This document shows positions 26,257 through 36,323 of a DNA stretch of 64,000 bases, one piece after another. The DNA is taken from contig JBGUMF010000073.1 of the NCBI GenBank assembly GCA_045116675.1, positions 9 through 64,008 on the forward strand, in the 5' to 3' direction. Made by a program: the position numbers and the translations under genes. Position 1 is the stretch's first letter. Each line of letters begins with the position of its first letter. The notes under the pieces are model-generated. The model searched no databases and was not told the origin of the DNA. It saw nothing but the letters and a program-made list of their open reading frames with translations. Origin of the DNA: Bacteroidales bacterium (GTDB lineage: Bacteria > Bacteroidota > Bacteroidia > Bacteroidales > WCHB1-69).

Positions 26257-27720
26257 ATGATTCCAATGAACGATATCCAAACATTAGACCACATCGAGGA
26301 ACTGTTTCCGAACGATTTCACTGAAGAGCAGATTGCCAAGGCCAAGACGCTGTTTTACAAAAAAATATCCATTGCCGCCCATCAATTTTACGGAGGCAAG
26401 ATGCAGACGCTGCCCAAAGCGCCCATCTACGGCTTCAACTGGTTCAACGTGTGGTACACGCCCGGCGTGTCAGCCGTGTCCACCACTATCCGTGACGACA
26501 ACGACCGCTCCTTCGAGCTCAGCAACCGATCCAATCTGGTGGCCGTCGTCAGCGACAGCACGCGCGTGCTGGGCGACGGCGACTGCACCCCTCCCGGCGG
26601 CCTGGGCGTCATGGAGGGCAAGGCCATGCTGATGAAATATCTCGGCGGCGTGGACTCCGTGCCCCTCTGCATCGACAGCCGTGACGAGAACGGCGAGCAC
26701 CAGGCCGACAAGCTCATCGAGTTCGTGAAGATGGTGCAGCACAGTTTCGGCGCCATCAACCTGGAGGACATCTCGCAGCCCAACTGCTACCGCGTGCTGG
26801 ACACGCTGCGCGAGGCATGCGACATCCCCGTGTGGCACGATGACGCGCAAGGCACCGCCTGCGTGACGCTGGCCGGCCTCATCAACGCGCTGAAAATCAC
26901 CGGCAAGAAGATGTCCGACATCAAGGCCGTGCTCTATGGCGCCGGCGCCGCCAACACCACCATCGCCCGCCTGATGATCACCGACGGCGTGAAACCTGAA
27001 AACATCATCATCTTCGACACCAAAGGCACACTCCACTCCGAACGCACCCAATACCGCGACGACAAACGCTTCTACCGCAAATGGGAACTGTGCCTCTCCA
27101 CCAACCCGCAACATATTGAAACTCACGAAGAAGCCTTCAAGGATGCCGATGTGCTGATCGCCCTCTCCAAACCGGGCCCCGACACCATCAAGCCGGAATG
27201 GATCTCCCTCATGGCCGACAAGTCCATCGTCTTCGTCTGCGCCAACCCCGTGCCGGAAATATATCCCTACAAGGCCAAGGAGGCCGGTGCCTACATCGTG
27301 GCCACCGGGCGCGGCGACTTCCCCAACCAGGTCAACAACTCCGTATGCTTCCCCTCCATCCTCAAGGGCACGCTGCTGGTCTCCGCCCGCAAGATCACGG
27401 ACAGCATGGCCATCCGCGCCGCCCATTCCATCGCCGACTTCGCTGAACGCCAAGGTCTTACCACCGAGCACATCATGCCCACCATGATGGACAGCGACCT
27501 CTTCCCGACGGTGGCTGCCGATGTGGCCATGCAGGCCATCCACGACGGCGTGGCCCGCAAGACGCGCACATGGCAGGAGGTCTATGACATCGCCAAGCAC
27601 GACATCGACGAGACGCACACCTTGGCCCGCCTCTTCGAGCAGCAAGGATTCATCAAAGAGTTTCCCGAGGAAGAAATCCGCCGTATCGTACGGGAAGCCT
27701 GTGATGCTGTGCGCTCATGA
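26257..27720 (+). CDS. NAD(P)-dependent malic enzyme (short form, no PTA domain)
   Basis: YTPGV...V.V.SD.TRVLGLGD...GGLGVMEGKA.L.K.LGG.D..P...D and GAGAA nucleotide-binding motifs. A TATTTTTG box lies at 26235-26242. Confidence 0.85.
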   Translation: MIPMNDIQTLDHIEELFPNDFTEEQIAKAKTLFYKKISIAAHQFYGGKMQTLPKAPIYGFNWFNVWYTPGVSAVSTTIRDDNDRSFELSNRSNLVAVVSDSTRVLGDGDCTPPGGLGVMEGKAMLMKYLGGVDSVPLCIDSRDENGEHQADKLIEFVKMVQHSFGAINLEDISQPNCYRVLDTLREACDIPVWHDDAQGTACVTLAGLINALKITGKKMSDIKAVLYGAGAANTTIARLMITDGVKPENIIIFDTKGTLHSERTQYRDDKRFYRKWELCLSTNPQHIETHEEAFKDADVLIALSKPGPDTIKPEWISLMADKSIVFVCANPVPEIYPYKAKEAGAYIVATGRGDFPNQVNNSVCFPSILKGTLLVSARKITDSMAIRAAHSIADFAERQGLTTEHIMPTMMDSDLFPTVAADVAMQAIHDGVARKTRTWQEVYDIAKHDIDETHTLARLFEQQGFIKEFPEEEIRRIVREACDAVRS

Positions 27721-28637
27721 TCTCAGCTGAAGCACATATACGTCCCTTTCTCCGGCTGGGCCAACAGCTCCGGCAGCCGGACATTGTCCGCCAACGGTTC
27801 GGAGAGGCTATCCGCTTACAATACCAGCGCAATCCCTGGTTCACGCCATCATGCTGTGAGCAGGCGATACAAGACATTGCCCTGCTGTTGGAAGAAGATG
27901 CCATCCGCATGCTGTTGGAGAAACACCCAGCACTACCCTATCCCACCCCACAGACCATCGCCCTCCTGCCAGCCGGCGACATGCCGCTGCAGGCCTTCCC
28001 CGATCTCTTGCACATCCTGCTCGCCGGACATCGTCTCCAATGCCGCCAAGCCCCTGACGACAACTTCCTGCTGCCCATCATCGTCCAGATGCTGACCGAA
28101 ACGGAGCACGCCTGGGCGGAACGCATCCGTTTCACAGACAAAATTACCGATGCGGACGCTTTCATCGCCGATGTAGAGCCAGCCCAACTTGACACTTTTG
28201 ACCAATATTTTAATGGTAAACCGCATCTACTCCGCATCCGAAAGGGAAAAACGCAAATCATCACCGGTAAGGAAGACGACCACACCCTGCGACAGATTGC
28301 CCGCGGCATCTGCACCTATTTCGGGCGGGGACCGGAAGCCATCCGGAAACTGGTTGTACCACAAAGGTATGACTTCCAACCCCTCTTCCAACAACTGCAG
28401 GAGGCCAGCATTCCCCTCACCACCCACAACCGCTTCCTCAACCATCTGGAGTATCAGAAGGCCATCCATCTGATGGGCCGACAACCTTACCTGGATGCCG
28501 GTGCCTTCCTCTTCCGAGAAAGCGACGGCGACTTCCCGCCGGTAGCCGTGGTCCATTACACCTGTTACACAAACAAACCGCCCATGCAAACCACTCCTAT
28601 GGAAGACACGCTCACATTTTTGGAACACCTCGTTTAA
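27717..28637 (+). CDS. Acyl-CoA reductase (LuxC)-like protein
   Basis: The NPWFT motif and size resemble Bacteroidetes proteins annotated as acyl-CoA reductase. The ATG overlaps the malic-enzyme stop (ATGA). Recognition is only moderate. Confidence 0.4.
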   Translation: MISAEAHIRPFLRLGQQLRQPDIVRQRFGEAIRLQYQRNPWFTPSCCEQAIQDIALLLEEDAIRMLLEKHPALPYPTPQTIALLPAGDMPLQAFPDLLHILLAGHRLQCRQAPDDNFLLPIIVQMLTETEHAWAERIRFTDKITDADAFIADVEPAQLDTFDQYFNGKPHLLRIRKGKTQIITGKEDDHTLRQIARGICTYFGRGPEAIRKLVVPQRYDFQPLFQQLQEASIPLTTHNRFLNHLEYQKAIHLMGRQPYLDAGAFLFRESDGDFPPVAVVHYTCYTNKPPMQTTPMEDTLTFLEHLV

Positions 28638-28646
28638 TCCATCTTT

Positions 28647-30182
28647 ATGAAAAAACGCATCATCGTAGCCCTGTTCTTCATCGTCGGCATCACCTCCATC
28701 CCGCTGATTCTGTCCATCTTCAAGCTCTACACGGAAGCGGAGAAGGTGCAGCGAAGCATTTTCGTCAACGAGGTGCTGACCGCCGGCGACGCCATCATCA
28801 ACCAGATCGACGCCACCATCCTCAACGACACCGTGGCCATGGCGGAAGCCGTAGGAAAACTCACTGCCGCCGACACCACCGGGGTAGTCTCCTCCATGCA
28901 CACCCGTAAATTCCTGCTCGACACCACCACTAACCAGCCCATCGGCGTCATCAAGTCGGTCATTTTCGTCAAGGAAAACAACTCAAGAATCATGGAAAGC
29001 GACACGGAGTACTTCAGCCAGGCGTACCGGCAGCTCTTCCCTGTCAACAACGACCCCTGGTCGCCCAAGAACAGCAAATCCACCACGCTGCTGATCAACA
29101 ATGACCGCGATGCCAAACTCATCCAGCTGGACAGCAACACCATCGCCCTGCTGAACACCGAATACCTCCACGAGGTCATCACCGACGCCCTGGCCGCCGA
29201 GAACATCACCGCCAAGTTCGACTTCGCCCTCTACAACGCCTTCACCACCGACTTTGTCATCGCGCCCGAATTCACACAACCCGAGCAGATGCTCAAGAGC
29301 GAGTACGTCTTCCGTCTGAAATACAACGAGAAGGTCAGCTCGCCGCACTACATCATCCTCTTCTTCCCCGCCGAGCGCGGCATCTTCCTCCAGCGCATGA
29401 GCACCATCGTGGGCCTCATCCTCATCTTCCTGATCATCTGCTTCACCATCTCCTTCACCGCCCTGTTCTCCCTGTACCGCCAGAAAAAGCTGTCGGAGGT
29501 CACCAACGAGTTCGTCAACAATATGACGCACGAGTTCAAGACCCCCATCTCCACCATCTCACTGGCCTGCGAAGCGCTTACCGACCCCGTCATGCGCAAC
29601 GACGCCGACATCCTGGAGAGCTACGTCTCCATCATCCGTGACGAGAACGACCGTCTCAAGAACATGGTTAACAACATCTTGCAGATTGCCCAATTAAAGA
29701 AAGGCCAGGTGAAGATGAACATCGAATTGCTGGATATGCACGAGCTCATCCACAAGGTGTCGGACAGCATCGCCCTGCAGATCAAATCCACCAACGGCAC
29801 GCTCTCCCTGGCCCTGAACGCCGACACGTACAAGATCTTCGGCGACCGCTCACATCTGGCCAACGTGATTGTCAACCTGGTGGAAAACGGCATCAAATAC
29901 TCGCAGGGAGCGCCGGAAATCCTCATCAACACGCAGTCGAACGACAAATACTTCCTGCTGTCGGTGACCGACAAGGGCATCGGCATCCCGAAGAAAGCCA
30001 TCGCCAACATCTTCGACAACTTCTACCGCGTGCCCAAGGGCAACGTACACAACGTGAAAGGCTACGGCCTCGGCTTGGGCTACGTGAAGAAAATCGTCTC
30101 CTTGCACAAAGGCAAAATCCTGGTGCAGAGCGAAGAAGGAAAGGGCAGCACGTTTGTGATTTATTTGCCGATAAAGAAGTAG
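28647..30182 (+). CDS. Sensor histidine kinase (two TM segments, HisKA + HATPase_c)
   Basis: H-box FVNNMTHEFKTPIS, N-box NLVENGIKY and G-box GYGLGLGYVKKIV. No response regulator is adjacent. Confidence 0.85.
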   Translation: MKKRIIVALFFIVGITSIPLILSIFKLYTEAEKVQRSIFVNEVLTAGDAIINQIDATILNDTVAMAEAVGKLTAADTTGVVSSMHTRKFLLDTTTNQPIGVIKSVIFVKENNSRIMESDTEYFSQAYRQLFPVNNDPWSPKNSKSTTLLINNDRDAKLIQLDSNTIALLNTEYLHEVITDALAAENITAKFDFALYNAFTTDFVIAPEFTQPEQMLKSEYVFRLKYNEKVSSPHYIILFFPAERGIFLQRMSTIVGLILIFLIICFTISFTALFSLYRQKKLSEVTNEFVNNMTHEFKTPISTISLACEALTDPVMRNDADILESYVSIIRDENDRLKNMVNNILQIAQLKKGQVKMNIELLDMHELIHKVSDSIALQIKSTNGTLSLALNADTYKIFGDRSHLANVIVNLVENGIKYSQGAPEILINTQSNDKYFLLSVTDKGIGIPKKAIANIFDNFYRVPKGNVHNVKGYGLGLGYVKKIVSLHKGKILVQSEEGKGSTFVIYLPIKK

Positions 30183-30184
30183 TC

Positions 30185-30310
30185 AGGGGACAGCAGTCAG
30201 TTAATAGTTAATAGTTAATAGTTAATAGTGACAGGGACAAGGGATGGGGGCTGCCGAGTTGCCTTATAACTATTAATTGTTAACTGTTAATTATTAATTG
30301 TGTTAATTGC
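30185..30310. repeat. Long imperfect palindrome built from heptamer repeats (GTTAATA x4 facing TTAATTG/TTAACTG repeats)
   Basis: Left arm aggggacagcagtcagttaatagttaatagttaatagttaatagtg, right arm tataactattaattgttaactgttaattattaattgtgttaattg. It fills the whole gap between convergent genes. Confidence 0.75.
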
Positions 30311-30312
30311 TC

Positions 30313-31026
30313 CTAATTCAAATCCCAGCACAACGACACAATGTCACGCCAGGGAAGGTCGAGCAGTTCGGCCATGTCGCGATTGCAGAGAAAACCGCCA
30401 TAGCAATAGACGCTCTGCATCAGGGCCGGAGTGCGCTGCAGAGCAAAACGGAAGTGCGGGTTGAGCAGGATGTCCAGCACCAACGGCAGGATGAACCCGG
30501 ACAGGGCGATGCCAACCGCCGGTTCGGACAGCGTTTCCGTCAATATCCGATCCGTCATGCTGGTACCATTGGCATCTGTGATCAGGTTCATCGCCAGCGC
30601 GGAGACTCGTTTCCGGTTGAGTTCCTCTATCATCTGGCGCGTGATCTGCGCGGGCGGCTGGGTGGAGAACACCACCTGTCCCACACGCATCTGCCGTACC
30701 TGCTCCACGGTGAACGGCATGAACTTGACCAGCAATCCCGACAGGGAAGCCAACCGCACAAATTCATCTTCAAACTCCGCCCCCACATCGGCGTAATCCA
30801 TGTCCGAATAGAGGGAGTGGCGCGCAAAGCCCCGTTGCATATAAACCCTCACCTGATTGTCAACCAAGGTTTTCACTGCGTTGGGGGTGAGCCACGCAAA
30901 ATCGCCCATGGGTTCCTCATCCACCAAGAAAGCCACCGTCATCGGAGGGGCAATCTCCGACACCACCGCCCGCTGCTCCTGCAGCACTGGAATGGCTTCC
31001 TCAACGGTTAACATGTTTGAACCCAT
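30313..31026 (-). CDS. Hypothetical protein with AlaDH/PNT N-terminal-like segment
   Basis: DFAWLTPNAVKTLVDNQVRVYMQRGFARHSLYSDMDYADVGAEF resembles the N-terminal domain of alanine dehydrogenase/transhydrogenase. Start set at MGSNM (31026) to avoid overlap with tsaE. Confidence 0.4.
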   Translation of the reverse strand: MGSNMLTVEEAIPVLQEQRAVVSEIAPPMTVAFLVDEEPMGDFAWLTPNAVKTLVDNQVRVYMQRGFARHSLYSDMDYADVGAEFEDEFVRLASLSGLLVKFMPFTVEQVRQMRVGQVVFSTQPPAQITRQMIEELNRKRVSALAMNLITDANGTSMTDRILTETLSEPAVGIALSGFILPLVLDILLNPHFRFALQRTPALMQSVYCYGGFLCNRDMAELLDLPWRDIVSLCWDLN

Positions 31027-31045
31027 CGGTGATTGTTTTACAACA

Positions 31046-31456
31046 CTAAAAAATAAAACGACGGTTGGTATCGTCCACCCGCTCGATATGTATCGGGATA
31101 AAATCCCCTTGAAGGATGTCTTCCACCTTCTCCGTCCATTCAATGAAACAGTATGAGCCACTGCACAGATACTCCTCGAATCCGATTCGGGTGGCATCTG
31201 CAGGCTCATCAATACGGTAAAAATCAAAATGATAGACTGGCATTCCAGACTCAGCCCAATACTCGTTCACGATGGCGAACGTGGGAGACGAGGTGATGTC
31301 GTGCACGCCAAGCACACGACACAACTCCTTGATAAGCGTGGTCTTGCCCGTGCCCATTTCCCCATAAAAGCCGAACACCCGCTCCTGCGGGTAGGCCTCC
31401 AGGATGGCTTGCGCAACCCCCGTCAATTGCTCTTCGTTAGCCGTAATCTGCTGCAT
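31046..31456 (-). CDS. tsaE: tRNA t6A37 biosynthesis ATPase TsaE
   Basis: GEMGTGKTT Walker A, SPTFAIVNEY and the HFDFYRI motif. A caaagata -7 box lies at 31480-31487. Confidence 0.9.
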   Translation of the reverse strand: MQQITANEEQLTGVAQAILEAYPQERVFGFYGEMGTGKTTLIKELCRVLGVHDITSSPTFAIVNEYWAESGMPVYHFDFYRIDEPADATRIGFEEYLCSGSYCFIEWTEKVEDILQGDFIPIHIERVDDTNRRFIF

Positions 31457-31495
31457 GGTCCTTTCTGTTTTTTATGCTGCAAAGATAGCGAAAAA

Positions 31496-33085
31496 CTACC
31501 ACATCCCATCAAAGTCGGTCCAGATACGGTCACCGAGTTTCCAGGCGGTCTCCACAGCGGTATTGCCGCAGCGGTTGGTGAAATCTGTCAGCGTGCGGAG
31601 GGCCTCCTGACGATTGCCACTTTTCAACAGCTGCAACGCTTTCTGCTCAACATCTTTATGCTCGTCAATAAATTGTTTCTCAAGAGGTTCCCAGGTCTTG
31701 TCAATGACAACGTGCATGTCGCCCCAACGCTGGCAGGCCAGGCTGCCCACACGGTTGAAACCCCACCAAGCGGCCTCTTTGCTGAAGCCGGTCATGCGGC
31801 CGTCGGTCTTATAGGTGGTGGGCAAGTCGGTAACGTTGGCATAGATGGGCACATAGATGGACGAGGCCACATTGTCAAGGGCAAACCAGCAGAGCGCTCC
31901 CACCTCATCGGGCAGATCGGCACGACATTGGATGATGGTGCCGTAAACGGTGAAGTGGACAGCTATATTGCGCTCGCCCAGCTCGTTCCAGCCGCCGTTG
32001 ATACGGTGCAGCTTCAGTTCATCAGCCTTCATGAAGGGATTGGCCATGGGCGAGATCACCTGCTTGCCCTCTTTGTTGGCCACGGTCAAGGTCTTGCGCA
32101 TATCGTAAGGCGTGCCCTCGTAATAGTCTTTGAAAACACTCATCATCTTTTCAAGAGTCACCAATGTGTCGGGTTTCACAGAGAAGGGGTAGTTCTCGGC
32201 GTTGGGGTCCAGCTTGAGGGAAGGGGCCAGCAGGTCGAAGACGCGCCATTCTCTACGGCGGCAGGCGATCATCGTACGCGTCTGCGGCGCATAGGCGTAG
32301 GCGAACTGGAACGTTGATTTGCCGTCCCACCAGCCGTTCTCCTTGGCCAAAGAATAGACGTTGTCGGAGGCCATGAAATAGTCCTTGTCCTTCAAGTTGA
32401 TTTCACGGATGGTGGAAGCGTTGGCGTTGACGGCCACATGGTCGTCGGGCACGCGCTGGGCAGCCCACACAGCCCCGCGCTTGTCCTTACCGGGGCCGAG
32501 GATCTCCAGATGCCACACTTCGTTCTTGTCGGCGATGGTAAGGCACTCGCCCGCATCGCGCCAACCGTACTCCTTGAGCAGCTCGCCAGCCATGCGGATG
32601 GCCTGGCGGGCGGTGGTGCAACGCTGCACCATCAGACGACAAAGAGTCTGGCACTCAATAAGCCCGCTGTCGGATTTCAGCTCCGACCGCCCGCCAAAGG
32701 TGGACTCCCCGATGGCCAACTGTTTCTCGTTGACGCAGGGATAGGCGGTGTTCAGGAACTGGTAGGTGTGCGCCACCTGCGGAATCTCGCCAATCAGGAT
32801 ATTCTCGTAACGGGCCATCTGGCCGGGCACCTTCTTGGCCCAGCGGCGCCAGTACATGCCTTCGGTCTCGCCCGGCTGGTGGTCCATGGCCGGCTCCACC
32901 ATAATATTGGTACGCGAACGATGACTGTCATCGGTGTGAGAAGTCATGACAGAACCGTCGGCGGAGGCTTTCTTGCCGATGGTGATGGAGGTGCATTCCA
33001 TGCCTTCAGTCATGGGATCAATATCCGTTTGTGCGACGGCTATGCTGATGGTCGCAAGAAACAAGAGGGTGAGAAAAGGTTTCAT
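31496..33085 (-). CDS. C69-family dipeptidase
   Basis: Signal peptide, then the nucleophile context ECTSITIGKKASADGSVMTSHTDD. 529 aa. Confidence 0.8.
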   Translation of the reverse strand: MKPFLTLLFLATISIAVAQTDIDPMTEGMECTSITIGKKASADGSVMTSHTDDSHRSRTNIMVEPAMDHQPGETEGMYWRRWAKKVPGQMARYENILIGEIPQVAHTYQFLNTAYPCVNEKQLAIGESTFGGRSELKSDSGLIECQTLCRLMVQRCTTARQAIRMAGELLKEYGWRDAGECLTIADKNEVWHLEILGPGKDKRGAVWAAQRVPDDHVAVNANASTIREINLKDKDYFMASDNVYSLAKENGWWDGKSTFQFAYAYAPQTRTMIACRRREWRVFDLLAPSLKLDPNAENYPFSVKPDTLVTLEKMMSVFKDYYEGTPYDMRKTLTVANKEGKQVISPMANPFMKADELKLHRINGGWNELGERNIAVHFTVYGTIIQCRADLPDEVGALCWFALDNVASSIYVPIYANVTDLPTTYKTDGRMTGFSKEAAWWGFNRVGSLACQRWGDMHVVIDKTWEPLEKQFIDEHKDVEQKALQLLKSGNRQEALRTLTDFTNRCGNTAVETAWKLGDRIWTDFDGMW

Positions 33086-33124
33086 ACGTGTTTTATTCGA
33101 TGTTATATTAATATTGTAAAATCA

Positions 33125-34477
33125 TTATAATGCCCAAACTAAAAGACCTCCACAGATAATGAGGCCGCTCACCACCAGGTCGATAAGGCAGAAACCCATG
33201 ATGTCTTTGGCGTTGAGCTTGGCGATGGCCAAGGCGGGAATGGCCCAGAATGGCTGGATGAGGTTGGTCCACGCATCGCCCCACGCGATGGCGGTTCCCG
33301 TGAGGCCCGGGTCCACACCCAAGTTGGCGCCGGCGGCGAACATGATGGGTGCCTGGATGGCCCAATGCCCGCCCCCGGAGGGAACGAACATGTTGAGTAC
33401 GGCGGCACACAGGAAAGTGAGCAGCGGATAGGTGGTGGGATTGGATATCGAGATGCAGGCGTTGCTGATGACCGTTCCGAAGCAGATGCCCGAGTGCCCG
33501 ATGCCCGTGATGATGCCCATGATGCCGGCATAAAAGGGAAATTGCAGGATAATGCCCGCTGCGCCGGAGGCTGCCTTGGTGAAGGCTCTCACGTACGCCA
33601 ACGGCGTGCCGTGCAGGATGACACCCACAAACAAGAAAAGCATGATGACGGAGTTGAGATCCAACGCACCACCCCGAAAGCCGATTTTAATGATAAGATA
33701 TCCAAGCCCCAAAAGAGCCACCAACCAGTTCAAAACACGGCTATTCTCCAACTTCTCAGCAGGTGTGGAGGGGATAATGTCCGGCTGGGGTTGCTCTTCT
33801 GCCAGCAGGGCAGGGTCAATGGCAACCACTTTTTCGGGATGCGGATGCATGAGCGCGTTCACGACCACGATGGCGGCGATGGTGAGTGCCACCATGACGA
33901 GGTTGTGCGGATCCAGGATGGTCTGCGTCACCGGCACGGGCTCGGTGAGGATGCCATTGGTGGCCTTGGTCAGCGCCTCGCCCGGCGTGGCCATCGTCAG
34001 CGGGATGGAGCCCGACAGACCCGCGTGCCATACAACGAAACCACTATAAGCCGAGGCAATGAGCAGACGGTAGTCCACACCCGACAGCTTACGGGCAATC
34101 TCCTTGGCAAAGATCACACCCACAATCAGACCGAATCCCCAGTTGAGCCAGCAGGCCACAGCCGACACGCCAGTCACCAAGGCGATGGCGCCGGCAGGGG
34201 TCTTGGGAATGCCCGCCAGACGGCTGATGCCCTTCTTGATGACGGGAGCGGCAGCCAGCGTGGAGCCGCAGACCAGCACCAACGCCATCTGCATGGCGAA
34301 GGCCAGCAACCCCCATACACCGTTGCCCCAATGCTCCATCACCTCAATCGGAGTCTGATGACAGATGGGCATCGCCAACAGGGCGGCGAGGAAGGTGAGC
34401 AGTATGGCAAAAATGAAAGGCTCCGGCAGATAGCGTTGCACCACTCGGACGCAGGCGTTGATGATTCGTTGGAACAT
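33125..34477 (-). CDS. Short-chain fatty acid transporter (AtoE family)
   Basis: Polytopic membrane protein with an N-terminus ...YLPEPFIFAILLTF...W..G.W.LL.FAMQM typical of AtoE/TIGR00366. Confidence 0.75.
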   Translation of the reverse strand: MFQRIINACVRVVQRYLPEPFIFAILLTFLAALLAMPICHQTPIEVMEHWGNGVWGLLAFAMQMALVLVCGSTLAAAPVIKKGISRLAGIPKTPAGAIALVTGVSAVACWLNWGFGLIVGVIFAKEIARKLSGVDYRLLIASAYSGFVVWHAGLSGSIPLTMATPGEALTKATNGILTEPVPVTQTILDPHNLVMVALTIAAIVVVNALMHPHPEKVVAIDPALLAEEQPQPDIIPSTPAEKLENSRVLNWLVALLGLGYLIIKIGFRGGALDLNSVIMLFLFVGVILHGTPLAYVRAFTKAASGAAGIILQFPFYAGIMGIITGIGHSGICFGTVISNACISISNPTTYPLLTFLCAAVLNMFVPSGGGHWAIQAPIMFAAGANLGVDPGLTGTAIAWGDAWTNLIQPFWAIPALAIAKLNAKDIMGFCLIDLVVSGLIICGGLLVWAL

Positions 34478-34492
34478 GTAGAAATGGGTGTT

Positions 34493-35407
34493 TTATATGT
34501 GACTGAGTACAATGTCGATACGGTCGTCGAAGGCCTCGCGAGTGGCATATCCCACATGAGGCACGAGCACGCAGTTGGGGGCGCTGAAAAGGGGATGGTC
34601 TTCGGCCAAGGGCGGCTCCTTCTCATACACGTCGATGCCGGCGCCACCAAGGAGGCCCGCTTTCAGCATGTCGGCCAATGCGTCCATGTCCACCACGTTG
34701 CCGCGGGCGGTGTTGATGATGACCGCCGTGGACTTGCACATCTGCAGCAGCTCACGGCTGATGAGATGATGCGTTTCCGCTGTCAGCGGCACGTGCAGGG
34801 TGATGATGTCACAGGTCTTCATCAGCTCCTCCAAGGGAAGATATACGACACCATGCGCTACCACATCATCATATTCGGAGCGGCTCCAGGCTACGACCTC
34901 ACAGCCGAAAGCTATGAGCAGCTGTGCCGTACGCTGTCCGATAGCACCCGTACCCACGATGCCCACACGCTTGCCACGCAGCTCGCGACCCAAGAAGTTG
35001 TTGCGCGTGCCTCCCTTACGGGTGTCCGCATCCAACGCGGTGATGCGCCGATAGACATCCAACATCAGCCCGATAGCCAACTCGGCGACACCTTCCGTGG
35101 CATAGCCCGAGGCATTCACGACCTCGATGGCGTGCTCACGGCAGTAGGCCAGGTCAATATGGTCCAGCCCCGTGAAGGCGACGTTGAGTTTCTTCAATTT
35201 GGGACACTGGGACAATATGTCGCTCCCGATTTTGATGTTGGAAACAATCACCTCATCCGCATCTTTCATTCGCTCGACGAGGGTGGCAGCATCCTCTCGG
35301 CGGTCGCGGTAGCAGATGAACTCGTGGCCTTTGGCGGCCAAATCAGACGCAATATTAGTGGCCCGCTCATCGCTGATGCCGATAGGTTCTACAGCTACAA
35401 TCTTCAT
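34493..35407 (-). CDS. D-isomer-specific 2-hydroxyacid dehydrogenase
   Basis: GKRVGIVGTGAIGQ NAD-binding motif, plus the catalytic-region pattern ...NTARG..VD...L and ..D.RIDIV. Confidence 0.8.
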   Translation of the reverse strand: MKIVAVEPIGISDERATNIASDLAAKGHEFICYRDRREDAATLVERMKDADEVIVSNIKIGSDILSQCPKLKKLNVAFTGLDHIDLAYCREHAIEVVNASGYATEGVAELAIGLMLDVYRRITALDADTRKGGTRNNFLGRELRGKRVGIVGTGAIGQRTAQLLIAFGCEVVAWSRSEYDDVVAHGVVYLPLEELMKTCDIITLHVPLTAETHHLISRELLQMCKSTAVIINTARGNVVDMDALADMLKAGLLGGAGIDVYEKEPPLAEDHPLFSAPNCVLVPHVGYATREAFDDRIDIVLSHI

Positions 35408-35442
35408 ATAGTTATGGTTGTTTTTTGTTTTAAAATAAAAAT

Positions 35443-36294
35443 CTATCTTACAGGAAGTTGCTCCACCTGAAGTACTTCGCCTTTAATTTCGTCCTTATAG
35501 TACAGGATGGCTACCACAGAACAATTGTCGGGATTCCAATCGTGACCGGCAAAGGTGATGGAACGGCCATAGGTGTAGGCAGAATCTTTCTGCAAGATGC
35601 CGTCGCCCGTCAGCAAATCTCCAAAGGTGCCGTTCAATCCCGCACGGAGCACATGGTTGTGGGTGTAATCCAGAATGGTCTCCGAATGTTTGAGCTGCGG
35701 CTTTATGATGTTGTCCTCAATGAGGAACAATGAAAACCGGAGAGCATTCGGATAGTCTTGCAGCATGGTGACCTTGGCATTGACTTTCAGCATACCGGAG
35801 GCATCGTACTGGTTGACGAGCTGGATGGCAGCCATCGGGGTACGGTCTTCAGCCTCCAGTTTGGATTGCCAGCGTGCCGGCGAGACAATGTTCGGTTTCC
35901 GATTGATGATGGCCACGGGGATGCCGTCAATGTTGAAAAAGCTGCGCAACTCGTTTCCGACATTGGTACGGAAGTCGTAGGCAAAATTGGCATCCGTGGG
36001 GTGTGGCACGGCCAGTGCGCCGGCATGGATGCCGACGACGACCAGAGTATCCTGAAAAATGCCGTGCAGACGGTCCAGCTCATCATGGCCGTCCGGACAG
36101 TTCGGACAATAGTGGCCGGTATATTCTTCAATCAAAAGTTTGCGGAAGACACTACTGGGGTCCAACGGAGGAAACTCCACCGTCACCTCCTCCACTTCGC
36201 TTGGGATGATGTATGGGCCTTCAACGCGGTCGCATGCGGACATAAGGCCCGCCGCGATGAACAATACTATGATGATGTTTCTCATTTTTTCCAT
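35443..36294 (-). CDS. Omp28-related lipoprotein with thioredoxin-like CxxC
   Basis: Lipobox LMSAC. EEYTGHYCPNCPDGH...VVGIHAG is typical of Omp28-related proteins. Start set at MEKMRN (36294). Confidence 0.7.
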   Translation of the reverse strand: MEKMRNIIIVLFIAAGLMSACDRVEGPYIIPSEVEEVTVEFPPLDPSSVFRKLLIEEYTGHYCPNCPDGHDELDRLHGIFQDTLVVVGIHAGALAVPHPTDANFAYDFRTNVGNELRSFFNIDGIPVAIINRKPNIVSPARWQSKLEAEDRTPMAAIQLVNQYDASGMLKVNAKVTMLQDYPNALRFSLFLIEDNIIKPQLKHSETILDYTHNHVLRAGLNGTFGDLLTGDGILQKDSAYTYGRSITFAGHDWNPDNCSVVAILYYKDEIKGEVLQVEQLPVR

Positions 36295-36323
36295 TTTTAC
36301 AATATATAATTTATGGTATGAGG

